DNA from: an uncultured Chloroflexia bacterium
Lineage (GTDB): Bacteria > Chloroflexota > Limnocylindria > Limnocylindrales > CSP1-4
Direction of reading: 5' to 3'
Length of the DNA stretch: 64,000 nt
Assembly (NCBI GenBank): GCA_963748625.1
Contig: CAVVJT010000004.1
Span: 96,001 to 160,000 of the forward strand
Of this stretch, positions 29,490 through 39,022 are shown piece by piece (position 1 is the first letter of the stretch; each line of letters opens with the position of its first letter). Below the pieces are notes generated by a model that worked only from the letters and a program-made list of their open reading frames with translations, was not told where the DNA came from and ran no database searches. Position numbers and translations under genes: made by a program.

Positions 29490-31124
29490 TCAGGCGCCCC
29501 GGAAGCCCATGGCCGCCAGCACCTCGCGGGCGACCGTCGCCTCATCCCAGGAGAGCGCGTGGTCGGCGTAGAGGATCGTGGGCTCGTGGCCCTTGCCGGC
29601 CAGCAGGACGATGTCGCCGGGCCGCGCGCGGTCCAGGGCTGTCTCGATCGCCATGCGGCGGTCCGGGATGCCCAGGACGTCAAGGCCGCGGGTACAGCCC
29701 GCGGCCTCCGCGCCGCGAACGATCTCGTCCACGATGGAAGCCGGGTCCTCGCGTCGGGGATCCTCGTCCGCGGCGATCACGAGGCGGCAGCGCTCGCCGG
29801 CGATCCGGCCCATGACGGACCGCTTGGCCGTGTCGCGCTCGCCACCCGAGCCGAAGACCGCGATCAGGCCGCCGCCGTTCGCCCGCGCGATCGGCGCAAG
29901 CAGGTCGAGGACGCCCTCGAGCGAGGCGGGCGAGTGGGCGTAGTCCACGATCACCCCGAACGGCTGCCCGAGGTCGATGCGCTCCATGCGGCCAGGGACC
30001 CCCGCCACGCCCTCAAGGCCGGCACGCACGGCGGCGGGATCGAGCCCGAGGCCGTGCCCGAGCGCGACCACGGCCAGCGCGTTGTGGACGTTGAACCGTC
30101 CGGCCAGGCGCAGGTCGAGCCGTCCGGGACCGGTGATGCCGTCGAAGCCCACGACGAGCCGCCGAGCATCCTCGTCCACCGCAGTCGCCTGGACATCCGC
30201 GCCGGCGGCGGTCCCGTAGGTGACCACGTCAGCCCGGGCGCGGCGCGCCGCAGCCACGAACGCAGCGGCAGCAGGGTCGTCGTGGTTCACCACCGCGAGC
30301 TTGGGCCAGCGGCGGCCACCGACCGCCTTGACCGGGTTCGCATCGCCCTCCTCGAGCATCGCGAACAGGCGCAGCTTCGCGTCACGGTACCGCTCGAACG
30401 TCCCGTGGAGCTCCAGGTGCTCGTGGGTCAGGTTCGTGAAGACCGCCGCGTCGTAGGCGACGCCCGCGACCCGCTCCAGCTCCAGCGCGTGCGACGTGGT
30501 CTCGACGACCACTGCCGCATCGCCCGCCTGGACCATCGCCCGCAGTGTGGCCTGGAGCTCCGGGGCGCCCGGGGTGGTCACGTGCGCCTCGTGCCGCTCG
30601 CGAACCCGGCCGATCCTGGTCTCCACCGTCCCGATGAGGCCCGTGGCAATGCCGGCGGCCTCGAGCGCAGCCGCGGCCAGGAAGGACGTGGTGGTCTTGC
30701 CGTCGGTGCCGGTGACACCCACCACCGCCAGCTCCCGCGACGGGTCCCCGCACCACCAGCCGGCCGCCTCGGCCAGGGCGGCACGCGACGAGCGCACGAC
30801 GAGCTGCGGCAGCGGGACGTCCGGCCCCGGGTGCTCGACCAGCGCTGCGGCGGCCCCGGCAAGGGCGGCCCCGGCGACGAAGGCATGGCCGTCGACGTGG
30901 AACCCGGGCACCGCGACGAAGAGCGTGCCTCCTGACACGGCACGGGAGTCCTCGGCGAGTCCGGTCAGCTCCAGATCACCCAGGCTGTCGGGTGCAACTG
31001 GCGTCCCTGCTCGCACGGCACCGCTCACCAGGCCCGCCGCGGCCAGCCGATCGAGCAGGCCAAGCAGGCGCCTTGGCGCGGCTGGCACGGCCCCGGCGAC
31101 CAGGCGGTCGATCTCGCTGCTCAC
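29490..31124 (-). CDS. murE: UDP-MurNAc-tripeptide synthetase MurE
   Basis: DSRAV, GFHVDGH, GVTGTDGKTTT, TTP, ETTSHAL, FTNLTHEHLELH, VPGRME, VDYAHSP, AGKGHE. Confidence 0.95.
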   Translation of the reverse strand: MSSEIDRLVAGAVPAAPRRLLGLLDRLAAAGLVSGAVRAGTPVAPDSLGDLELTGLAEDSRAVSGGTLFVAVPGFHVDGHAFVAGAALAGAAAALVEHPGPDVPLPQLVVRSSRAALAEAAGWWCGDPSRELAVVGVTGTDGKTTTSFLAAAALEAAGIATGLIGTVETRIGRVRERHEAHVTTPGAPELQATLRAMVQAGDAAVVVETTSHALELERVAGVAYDAAVFTNLTHEHLELHGTFERYRDAKLRLFAMLEEGDANPVKAVGGRRWPKLAVVNHDDPAAAAFVAAARRARADVVTYGTAAGADVQATAVDEDARRLVVGFDGITGPGRLDLRLAGRFNVHNALAVVALGHGLGLDPAAVRAGLEGVAGVPGRMERIDLGQPFGVIVDYAHSPASLEGVLDLLAPIARANGGGLIAVFGSGGERDTAKRSVMGRIAGERCRLVIAADEDPRREDPASIVDEIVRGAEAAGCTRGLDVLGIPDRRMAIETALDRARPGDIVLLAGKGHEPTILYADHALSWDEATVAREVLAAMGFRGA

Positions 31125-32260
31125 CTGGCGGACCTCCCACGGCCGATGGTGCGGGCGGCCTTGCCCGCGACACGGCCCAGCCCGTACCGCCAGGCGCGGA
31201 TCACCACCTCCTGGGCGCCTGCCAGCTCGACCCAGGCCGCCCCGAACGAGCGCTTGTGCTCGTACAGCCCGTAGGTGGGCTCGCCCTCCACCGGGATTCT
31301 GCGGGCGTCCGCGGTGTCCACGCCACCCAGGTCCATCTCGTCGCGACCCTCGGCGAGGGCCAGCTGGATGGCGCGCCAGCGCAGCAGGTGCATCGCGCCG
31401 GGGTGGTCCCGGCGGCGCTCCGCGCGGTCGGCAGAGTGGGCCGTGGAGAGGCGTGTGCCGTGGCGGTAGAGGATCAGGCCGCCGAGGACGTCACCGTCGG
31501 GCGCCCCCTCGCGGGCTTCGAGGTACACGAGGTGCCCGGCCGCCAGGGCGCGCCGCCACCAGCTGGTGAACTCGGCGGGGCCGGCGAACCCGAAGCCCCG
31601 CCGGTCGCCGGTGGCGCGCAGCAGCCCGTAGAACCGGTCGAGCGCCCCACCTCCGTCCTCTGAGGCAGGCGTGAAGCCGTCCAGGGGGCCGCCGCGCACG
31701 TCCCAGCGCACAACCACCACCCCGTCGCGTTCGGCGCGCCTGATGCGCTGCCTGGTCGCCTTGGCGATCCCGTCGAAGACACCGCCCGCGTCGCTGCCGA
31801 CCGGGAGCGCGAGTGCCATCCGGTGACGGGAGGGCTGGATCTCGGGGATGGCGTGGTAGCCCGCGGCAGCGGTCGCCGCCCGGTAGGCGTCGTCATCCGC
31901 ACGGACCTCGGGATCCGCGGCGAGCACGTCGAGCCCGTCACGGTCGACGAAGTTGGCGAGATCATCGAGCGCGGCGGCGATGTGCGCACCGCCCGGATCG
32001 CCCGCCCGCCACGGACGCGAGGGGCACACCGGACCACGCGGGAGGTACACCGATCCCCCGGGCACACCGGCCCAGCCGCGCTTCAGCGCCATGGCGCGGG
32101 CATCCCCGACAGCGAGGAAGAGCGGTGCCCAGCCACCGCCGGAACGGTGCTCGGCCCAGGCGCGCGACTGGAGGACGTGCCCACCCGGCGCGTCGACCGC
32201 CTGGGCGTCCCAGTCCTCGAGCTCGGCTGCTGCCAGCTCCCTGACGGCCGACCTGGTCAC
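31121..32260 (-). CDS. FemABX family peptidoglycan bridge aminoacyl transferase
   Basis: HVLQSRAWA, YLPRGP, KATRQRIRRAERDGV, LLRWRAIQLA, DLGG, GLYEHKRSFG. Confidence 0.9.
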   Translation of the reverse strand: MTRSAVRELAAAELEDWDAQAVDAPGGHVLQSRAWAEHRSGGGWAPLFLAVGDARAMALKRGWAGVPGGSVYLPRGPVCPSRPWRAGDPGGAHIAAALDDLANFVDRDGLDVLAADPEVRADDDAYRAATAAAGYHAIPEIQPSRHRMALALPVGSDAGGVFDGIAKATRQRIRRAERDGVVVVRWDVRGGPLDGFTPASEDGGGALDRFYGLLRATGDRRGFGFAGPAEFTSWWRRALAAGHLVYLEAREGAPDGDVLGGLILYRHGTRLSTAHSADRAERRRDHPGAMHLLRWRAIQLALAEGRDEMDLGGVDTADARRIPVEGEPTYGLYEHKRSFGAAWVELAGAQEVVIRAWRYGLGRVAGKAARTIGRGRSAR

Positions 32261-33369
32261 GCGTCGCCCCCGGCGTCGCCCCCGCCGCCGAAGCCCGCCG
32301 CGGTGGTCCCGCCGGCACCCGAAAGGCCGTGGCGCATGCGTTCCAGGCGGACACGTGCCTGCACGGCAAGGGAGTAGGTGCGCCGGCCAACGGGGTCGAG
32401 CACAAGGTCCCACGCCCCGACGTAGCGGATCTCGCGCCCGCCGAACCCGGTCTTGAAGTGCGCGATCCCCGGGTGCGCGAGGCCCCACATGTCGTAGCTC
32501 GTCGCGCCCGCCGCCTTGGACGAGCGGATCGCCTCCCACTTGAGCAGGTAGTTCGCACGCGAGTCCGCTCCGGCCTGGGTCATGCCGCCATACGGCTCCA
32601 CCACTCTGCTGCCGCTGCGCACGAGGAACAGGGTCGCCGCCGGCGTTCCGTCCGGGAGCTGCGCAAACAGCAGCCGGGCGTGGCCGGCGGGGGCGTAGGC
32701 ATCCCAGGCATCACGGTAGGCCGACAGGGCACGGATCAGGAACCCGGCGCGCTCTGCCGTCTCCTGGTAGATCGCGTAGAACTCGTCGAGCCGCTCGGGG
32801 CCGGCGTCCACGATCTGCACGCCGGCCGCCCGGGCCTTGTTCACGTACTGGCGCCACTTCTTGCGCAGATCCGCGTAGAGGGCATCCTCGTCGGCCGTGA
32901 GGTCGATGACGCGCGTGGAGACGGGCTGGATCGGGTCCGCCGGCCTCCAGCCAGTGGCGGTCAGCGCGGCGGTCAGCGCTCCGTCAGCATCGGCGCCGGC
33001 GCCGCGCTCGATCTCCGGGTCGATGCGCAGGTGGCTCACCCGGCCTCCGAGCCGCAGGCCCGCTTGGGCCAGGTTCGTGAAACGGGCGACGGACGGCTGG
33101 TCCCACGTGGCGAGCACGGGACCCCGCGGCGCATACGCGAACGCCCACGGCAACGGACCCGGTCGGCGGAGCAGCACTTGGGCCCCCACCCCGGCATCGC
33201 CGGGGTCCAGGAGGCGGCGCGAGGTCCAGCCGTTGACGGCCTTGACCTGCGCCCATGCCGAGAGTTGGAGGTAGGAGCCGAGGGGGTTCGCCTCGACCAC
33301 CGCGTCCCACTCGGCTTCGGTCGGTTGGACGGGCGGCGTGGCGCCGGCGCCCGAGGGTCGCGCTGTCAT
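32257..33369 (-). CDS. FemABX family peptidoglycan bridge aminoacyl transferase (FemX-like)
   Basis: YLQLSAWAQVK, YAPRGP, KKWRQYVNKA, NYLLKWEAI, YDMWG, FKTGFGG. Confidence 0.92.
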   Translation of the reverse strand: MTARPSGAGATPPVQPTEAEWDAVVEANPLGSYLQLSAWAQVKAVNGWTSRRLLDPGDAGVGAQVLLRRPGPLPWAFAYAPRGPVLATWDQPSVARFTNLAQAGLRLGGRVSHLRIDPEIERGAGADADGALTAALTATGWRPADPIQPVSTRVIDLTADEDALYADLRKKWRQYVNKARAAGVQIVDAGPERLDEFYAIYQETAERAGFLIRALSAYRDAWDAYAPAGHARLLFAQLPDGTPAATLFLVRSGSRVVEPYGGMTQAGADSRANYLLKWEAIRSSKAAGATSYDMWGLAHPGIAHFKTGFGGREIRYVGAWDLVLDPVGRRTYSLAVQARVRLERMRHGLSGAGGTTAAGFGGGGDAGGDA

Positions 33370-35033
33370 GCGCGCCCACGCCGGCGCAGGAGGTCCACCA
33401 TCACCCCGACGATAGACCGGAGCTCGTCGATGCGCAACGCGAGCGAGCCGGCGATGATCACGGCGCCGCCCGCGGCGACCGCGAGGCAGATGCGGACCAG
33501 CAGCAGGAGGAACCCCGGCGCCACCCCCCAGGCGCCGATGAGGGCCTGGTTGACGCCGTACGCCACGAGCGCCCCGGCGAAGGAGACGATGACGGTCTTC
33601 GCCATCACCACCCACACGTGGCCCATGCCGGGCCTGAGACCCGGGACCCGGCGGATCAGCAGCACCACGAGCACCGTGGTCTCGAGCCACGCGGAGATGG
33701 CGATCGCAGCCGCAAGGCCATTGAGCCCCAGCGGCGCGATCAGGAGGTTCGCGACGACGATGTTCGCGACCACCGCCACCAGCGCGGCAGCCACCGGCGT
33801 CTTCGTGTCCTGGAGCGCATAGAAGGAGCGGGCCAGAACCGTGATCAGCGAGTGCGCGGTAAGACCGAGCAGGAAGATCGAGAGCGCCGCCGCCATCGCC
33901 CGCAGGTCGCTCTCCTCCATGCCCGTCATTCCGAACAGGAGGTGGACGAAGTCACCGGAGACCACGATCCCGAGTGCCGCGATCGCGACCATGACGTACC
34001 CGAGCAATGCAAGACCACGCGTCACGAGCCGGGTGAAGCCCTCGCCGGCACCGAGCGCGGCCTCGCGGGACAGCGACGGCAGCAGGACGATCCCGAGCGG
34101 GACCCCGATGACCCCGATCGGGATCTGCAGCAGGACGAAGGCGGCGTTGAACACGGAGATCGCCCCGCCCCCGAGTGTCGAGGCAAGGCTCGTCATCACC
34201 ACGAACACGATCTGCGTGGCACCGAGGCCGATCGCCCTCGGCACCATCAGCAGCAGCGCGGTCCGTGCCTGGTCGTCGCCCAGGTCGACGAACGGCCTGA
34301 TCCTGGCTCCGATCCCGACGAGGGCCGGGATCTGCACCAGGATGTGCCCCAACGCTCCGAGCACCACGCCGTAGGCCAAGCCCTGTACCCCGAATGCCGG
34401 TACGAGGGCGATGGCCCCGAAGATCATCGCCAGGTTGTAGACGAGGGGCGCGAGGGCTGCCGCCCCGAACCGTTCCCGGGAGTTGAGGACGCTCGTGGCG
34501 ATGGCTCCTGCGGCGAGCAGCACCGGTGCGAGGACCATGATCCTCGTGAGCTCCGTCGTCTGGGCCACCTGGGCGGCATTGAAGCCCGGGGTGATGACCG
34601 CGATGAGCTCGGGGGCGAACCACATGACGAGCGCTGCCAGCACAAGCAGGCCGGAGAGCATCAGGGTCGTGACCGTCGAGACCACGCGCCAGGCGCGGGC
34701 ATCCTCCTCCTTGGCGAACAGCCCGGCGACCACGGGGATCAATGCCGACGACAGGGCGCCTGCGGCAACGAGCTGGAACATGAGGTCTGGGATCCGGAAG
34801 GCCGCGTAGAACGGGTCCAGCTCCTTCAGACCAGGGAACGCAGAGATGTAGACGATGGTCCTGACGTACCCGAGCACCCGCGACAGCAGGAACATCCCCG
34901 TGACGATGAGTCCGGCGCGGGCCAGGAACCGTGCCGACGACGCGCCCTTGCGCTGTGCTGCGGCGGCCGCTCCCGGGTGGAGGGTTGTCTCCTCGTCGGC
35001 GACGACGCCCGTCAGGACATCGGGGTCGTCCAT
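33366..35033 (-). CDS. murJ: Lipid II flippase MurJ
   Basis: LLSRVLGYVR, AAFRIPD..FQLVAAGALSSALIP, RSFYALQDTKTP. Confidence 0.95.
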   Translation of the reverse strand: MDDPDVLTGVVADEETTLHPGAAAAAQRKGASSARFLARAGLIVTGMFLLSRVLGYVRTIVYISAFPGLKELDPFYAAFRIPDLMFQLVAAGALSSALIPVVAGLFAKEEDARAWRVVSTVTTLMLSGLLVLAALVMWFAPELIAVITPGFNAAQVAQTTELTRIMVLAPVLLAAGAIATSVLNSRERFGAAALAPLVYNLAMIFGAIALVPAFGVQGLAYGVVLGALGHILVQIPALVGIGARIRPFVDLGDDQARTALLLMVPRAIGLGATQIVFVVMTSLASTLGGGAISVFNAAFVLLQIPIGVIGVPLGIVLLPSLSREAALGAGEGFTRLVTRGLALLGYVMVAIAALGIVVSGDFVHLLFGMTGMEESDLRAMAAALSIFLLGLTAHSLITVLARSFYALQDTKTPVAAALVAVVANIVVANLLIAPLGLNGLAAAIAISAWLETTVLVVLLIRRVPGLRPGMGHVWVVMAKTVIVSFAGALVAYGVNQALIGAWGVAPGFLLLLVRICLAVAAGGAVIIAGSLALRIDELRSIVGVMVDLLRRRGRA

Positions 35034-36019
35034 CAGGTCGCCCTTGCCCGCGGATGGGCCACGCGGTAGGCATCGCGCAGCCGGCCCGGCGACACGTGCG
35101 TGTAGACCTGGGTGGTGGCAAGGCTCTCGTGGCCGAGCAGCTCCTGCACGACCCGCAGGTCCGCCCCGCCGTCGAGCAGGTGGGTGGCGAACGAGTGGCG
35201 CAGGGTGTGCGGGCTCACACCATCGGGCAGGCCGGCGTTGCGGCACAGGCGGTCGAGGCGCAACCGCATGCCACGCACGCCGAGCGGCGCACCGCGGTGG
35301 TTGAGGAAGACGGCCGTCGACTCGATGGTGGCCGGGACCGCGCGCTCCGCGAGCACCGGCCGGCCCTGGGCCAGGTAGTCGCGCAGCGCCTCGCGGGCCG
35401 GCCGACCCAGCAGCCCGATCCGCTCCTTGCGCCCCTTGCCCATCACACGGATCTCGCCCCGGCGCAGGTCGAGCCGGCCGAGGTCGGCCGCGGCGAGCTC
35501 GCTGATGCGCAGACCGGCGGCATACGCCGTCTCGACGAGCGCACGGTCCCGCTCGGCAAGAGCCAGGGCAAGCGCCGGGTCGGTCCGGCTGGTCCGCGTG
35601 GAGCCGTCGCCGGCCGCCACGAAGTCCTCGTCCACCGCGGCCATGAGCGCGTCGATCTGGGTGACCTCGAGCACCTTCGGGAGGCGCCGCGGCAGGCGTG
35701 GTGTCGCGATCGCGCCCCACGGATCGCCCGGAGCAATGTCGGCCCGCACACAGTAGCGGTGGAAGGCGCGCAGGGCGGCCAGGCGCTGGGCGACCGAGGT
35801 CCGCGCATGCCCCTCGGACAATTCGGCCAGGTACGTGCGTAGCGCTGCCTTGCCGGGGTCGCGCCAGTCAGCGCCGCGCGCATCGAGCCAGGCGAGGTAG
35901 GTCTCGATCGAGGACTCGTAGGAGCGGCGCGTGTGCGGCGATGTGTCGCGGGCCTCGAGCGAGCGCAGGAAGCGGTTCAGTGCCTCCGTGCCCGTCACAG
36001 GTGCGGGCCCCCCGTTCAC
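35033..36019 (-). CDS. xerC: XerC/XerD-type tyrosine recombinase
   Basis: SPHTRRSY, RLPKVL, GLRISEL, MGKGRKER, SPHTLRHSFATHLLDGGADLRVVQELLGH..LATTQVY; lies downstream of topA. Confidence 0.9.
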   Translation of the reverse strand: MNGGPAPVTGTEALNRFLRSLEARDTSPHTRRSYESSIETYLAWLDARGADWRDPGKAALRTYLAELSEGHARTSVAQRLAALRAFHRYCVRADIAPGDPWGAIATPRLPRRLPKVLEVTQIDALMAAVDEDFVAAGDGSTRTSRTDPALALALAERDRALVETAYAAGLRISELAAADLGRLDLRRGEIRVMGKGRKERIGLLGRPAREALRDYLAQGRPVLAERAVPATIESTAVFLNHRGAPLGVRGMRLRLDRLCRNAGLPDGVSPHTLRHSFATHLLDGGADLRVVQELLGHESLATTQVYTHVSPGRLRDAYRVAHPRARAT

Positions 36020-38445
36020 GCGCCGCGGCTGCGGCGCGTACCCGAGGCGGAGCCCGACCGTCCGGTGGACCCGGGCTTCGTCGCTCGCTTCGTCCCCTCT
36101 CCGCCCGTCCGGCCGCCCTTGCGGCTGCCGCGGGCGGGTCGCTCGAGGGCGGCCGGGTTCGGCGGGCCACCCTCCAGCACGAGGCCCGCGACGATGTCCG
36201 CGGGCAGCGGAACCGCTGCGCCACAGGTCAGGCAAAGGCCGTCGTCCCCCTTGCGGGCCACGGCGCCCTTGCCGTCCTCGTGACCCATGTGCAGGGCGCC
36301 CGTCGGCTCGTCGTTGGTGGTGTAGTCGCACTTCGGATAGGCGGAGCACCCCCAGAAGACGTTCCCGGTGCGCCGGGCGCGACGCGCCACCAGCTTCCCG
36401 TCGCCGTTCTTGGGGCAGACCACCTCGAAGGGGAGCGGGTCGGGCGGCGGGGGCCCATCCTTCTTGATGTAGCTGCAGTCCGGGTAGCGCGAGCAGCCGA
36501 CGAAGGCGCCGAACCGGCCGCGCTTGGTGGCCAGCGTGCCCTCGCCGCACTCCGGGCAGGTCTCACCCTCGCCCTCGAGGTGCGGGCCCTCCTCGCCGGG
36601 CAGGGGCCTCGTCTCCTTGTGGTCCGGATACGTGGAGCAGGCGAGGAACTTCCCGTTGCGCCCCAGGCGGATCACCATCGGATGGCCTTCCGAGCAGACC
36701 TCGTCGGTCTCCTCGGTGGTGATGTCGCGGCGTTTGACGGTCTTGCGGACCTCTGCGACGCGATCGCGGAGCGGTCCGAAGAATGCGCGCAGAAGGGGAA
36801 CCCACTCCCGCTCGCCCTCCGCGACCTCGTCGAGATCGCCTTCCATCCGGGCGGTGAACGCGAGGTCCACGTACTCGCTGAAGTACGTGACGAGGAAGTC
36901 GGTGACGATCTCCCCGATCTCCTCGGGCCGCAGGCGCTTCTCCACCACCTTCACGTAGCCGCGGTCCACGATGGTGGAGATCGTGGCTGCATACGTGGAT
37001 GGCCGGCCGATGCCGTGCTCCTCGAGCGCCTTGATCAGGGTGGCCTCGGTGTACCGGGGCGGCGGCTCGGTGAAGTGCTGCGTGGGCGTGACCGACTTGA
37101 CCGACGTCACGTCGCCGGCCGTCAGCACCGGCAGGGTGCCCTCCGCCTCCTCGGTGTCGTCATCGCGACCCTCCGTGTAGACACGGGCGAAGCCCTCGAA
37201 CAGCGTCCGCGTCGCCGACGCCCGCAGGCGGTACGGTCCGTCGACCAGCTCGATGGCCGTGGTCTCGAGCTCCTTGGGCGCCATCTGCGAGGCGATCGCG
37301 CGCTGCCAGATCAGGCGGTAGAGCTTGTACTCGTCCGCCTTGAGATGCTGGCGCAGTGCGTCCGGGTCACGCTGGAACGATGTGGGCCGGATGGACTCGT
37401 GGGCTTCCTGGGCGCCCTTCTGCTTCGTCTTGTAGACCCGGCCCTTGCCCGTGCCGTACTCGGGCCCGAAGCGCTCCGCGATCATCGCCTGCGCCTCCGC
37501 CATGGCGACAGCGGCGATGGACGTGGAGTCCGTCCGCATGTAGGTGATGAGGCCGACGTGCCCGTCGGGCGTGTCGATGCCCTCGTACAGGTCCTGGGCA
37601 ACGGACATCGTGCGCTTGGGGCTGAAGCCGAGCTTGCGACTGGCCTCCTGCTGGAGGGTGCTCGTGGTGAAGGGCGGCGACGGCGTGCGCTTGGAGGTCT
37701 TCGTCGTGACCGAGTCCACCACCGGCCGAAGTGCCCGGATCGCGGCGGCGTGGCGCTCCGCGGTCTCGCCGTCCCCGATGTCCACGGCCTTGCCGTCGAT
37801 ACGCGCCAGGTCCGCCGTGAAGGCGACCCCGCCCTCGGTGAGCAGCATGGCCTGGAGCGTCCAGTACTCGCGGGCGGTGAAGGCCCGGATCTCCCGCTCC
37901 CGCTCCACGACCATGCGCACGGCCACGGACTGCACGCGTCCGGCCGACAGGCCACCGCGGACCTTGCGCGAGAGGAGCGGGCTCAAGGTGTAGCCGACCA
38001 GCCGGTCCACGATGCGGCGCGCCTGCTGGGCATCGACGAGATTGCGGTCGACATCGCGCGGGTGGGCGAAGGCGTCGCGGATCGCGCCCTCCGTGATCTC
38101 GCTGAACGTCACGCGGCGGGTCTTGGCAGCCGGGACGTGGGCCGCCTCCGCGACGTGCCAGGCGATCGCCTCCCCCTCCCGGTCAAGGTCGGTGGCGAGG
38201 TACACGAGGTCAGCTGCCTTCGCAGCCCGTGTGATGTCCGACACCTGCTTGCGCCGGTCATCAGGGACCACGTACTCAGGCTCGAAATCGTGGTCCACGT
38301 CCACGCCGAACTTGCCCTTGCCCGGGTTCTCGGGCAGGTCCCGGACGTGCCCGTACGAGGCGAGGACCTGGTAGTCGGCGCCGAGGTAGCGCTCGATGGT
38401 CCGCGCCTTCGCGGGCGATTCGACGATCACGAGGTTCTTGGCCAT
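36016..38445 (-). CDS. topA: DNA topoisomerase I with C-terminal Zn ribbons
   Basis: KNLVIVESPAKA, ATDLDREGE, SAGRVQS, LITYMRTDS, GIGRPSTY, three C4 repeats. Confidence 0.97.
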   Translation of the reverse strand: MAKNLVIVESPAKARTIERYLGADYQVLASYGHVRDLPENPGKGKFGVDVDHDFEPEYVVPDDRRKQVSDITRAAKAADLVYLATDLDREGEAIAWHVAEAAHVPAAKTRRVTFSEITEGAIRDAFAHPRDVDRNLVDAQQARRIVDRLVGYTLSPLLSRKVRGGLSAGRVQSVAVRMVVEREREIRAFTAREYWTLQAMLLTEGGVAFTADLARIDGKAVDIGDGETAERHAAAIRALRPVVDSVTTKTSKRTPSPPFTTSTLQQEASRKLGFSPKRTMSVAQDLYEGIDTPDGHVGLITYMRTDSTSIAAVAMAEAQAMIAERFGPEYGTGKGRVYKTKQKGAQEAHESIRPTSFQRDPDALRQHLKADEYKLYRLIWQRAIASQMAPKELETTAIELVDGPYRLRASATRTLFEGFARVYTEGRDDDTEEAEGTLPVLTAGDVTSVKSVTPTQHFTEPPPRYTEATLIKALEEHGIGRPSTYAATISTIVDRGYVKVVEKRLRPEEIGEIVTDFLVTYFSEYVDLAFTARMEGDLDEVAEGEREWVPLLRAFFGPLRDRVAEVRKTVKRRDITTEETDEVCSEGHPMVIRLGRNGKFLACSTYPDHKETRPLPGEEGPHLEGEGETCPECGEGTLATKRGRFGAFVGCSRYPDCSYIKKDGPPPPDPLPFEVVCPKNGDGKLVARRARRTGNVFWGCSAYPKCDYTTNDEPTGALHMGHEDGKGAVARKGDDGLCLTCGAAVPLPADIVAGLVLEGGPPNPAALERPARGSRKGGRTGGEGTKRATKPGSTGRSGSASGTRRSRGA

Positions 38446-38512
38446 GTCGGCCGGGAGTCTAGCACCGGCCACTTATCCGCCAGTCACGACCTCGGCCCGC
38501 GCATGTGGACGG

Positions 38513-38968
38513 CTAGATGTCCCGGATGCGGCGCAGGAAGTCCTCGTCGATCTCGAGGTCGGTCTCCGGCTCGTCCAGGACGAGGTCCTCTCCGTCGTCC
38601 GGGATCAGGACGGGCAGGCGCCCGGCAGCATCGCCGGGGCCATCCGCCGGGCTGGCGCTGGTGCCCGCAGCCGTCGGCGCCCCTGCTCCCGTCACGGCGC
38701 CGGTGGCGATGGTGGCGCCCGTCTCCGCGATGTGCCGCTCCATCTCCTCGGGCGGGATCTCGATGAAGCGGATGACGCGGTACGGGAAGAAGAAGACGGA
38801 GTCGATGCGGTCGATGAAGATCGGCCGCTTCCCATCGAGCGAGCGCACCCTGGTGCAGATGAGGCCCGCATCGCTCGCGGTGGGCAGGGCAAAGACGTCG
38901 GCCAGCAGCGGCTGCTCGTTGGCGACGTGGATGACGACGTTGCGGATCACGCTCGCATGCTCGCCCAT
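38513..38968 (-). CDS. Hypothetical protein (small beta-rich domain, low-complexity linker, acidic tail); may start at GTG 38950
   Basis: Protein-like composition, fills the gap between co-oriented genes, ends EIDEDFLRRIRDI. Confidence 0.8.
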   Translation of the reverse strand: MGEHASVIRNVVIHVANEQPLLADVFALPTASDAGLICTRVRSLDGKRPIFIDRIDSVFFFPYRVIRFIEIPPEEMERHIAETGATIATGAVTGAGAPTAAGTSASPADGPGDAAGRLPVLIPDDGEDLVLDEPETDLEIDEDFLRRIRDI

Positions 38969-39022
38969 CCGGCCTCGGGCGTCACCGGCCCGATGGTCCC
39001 GGTGCGCAAGCCCGGCCGAAGG

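Noticed and set aside
35033-36019. Tyrosine recombinase as a phage or island integrase
   Set aside because: It has Xer-type motifs in the usual dprA-topA-xer context, is coupled to housekeeping genes, and has no att repeats or cargo.
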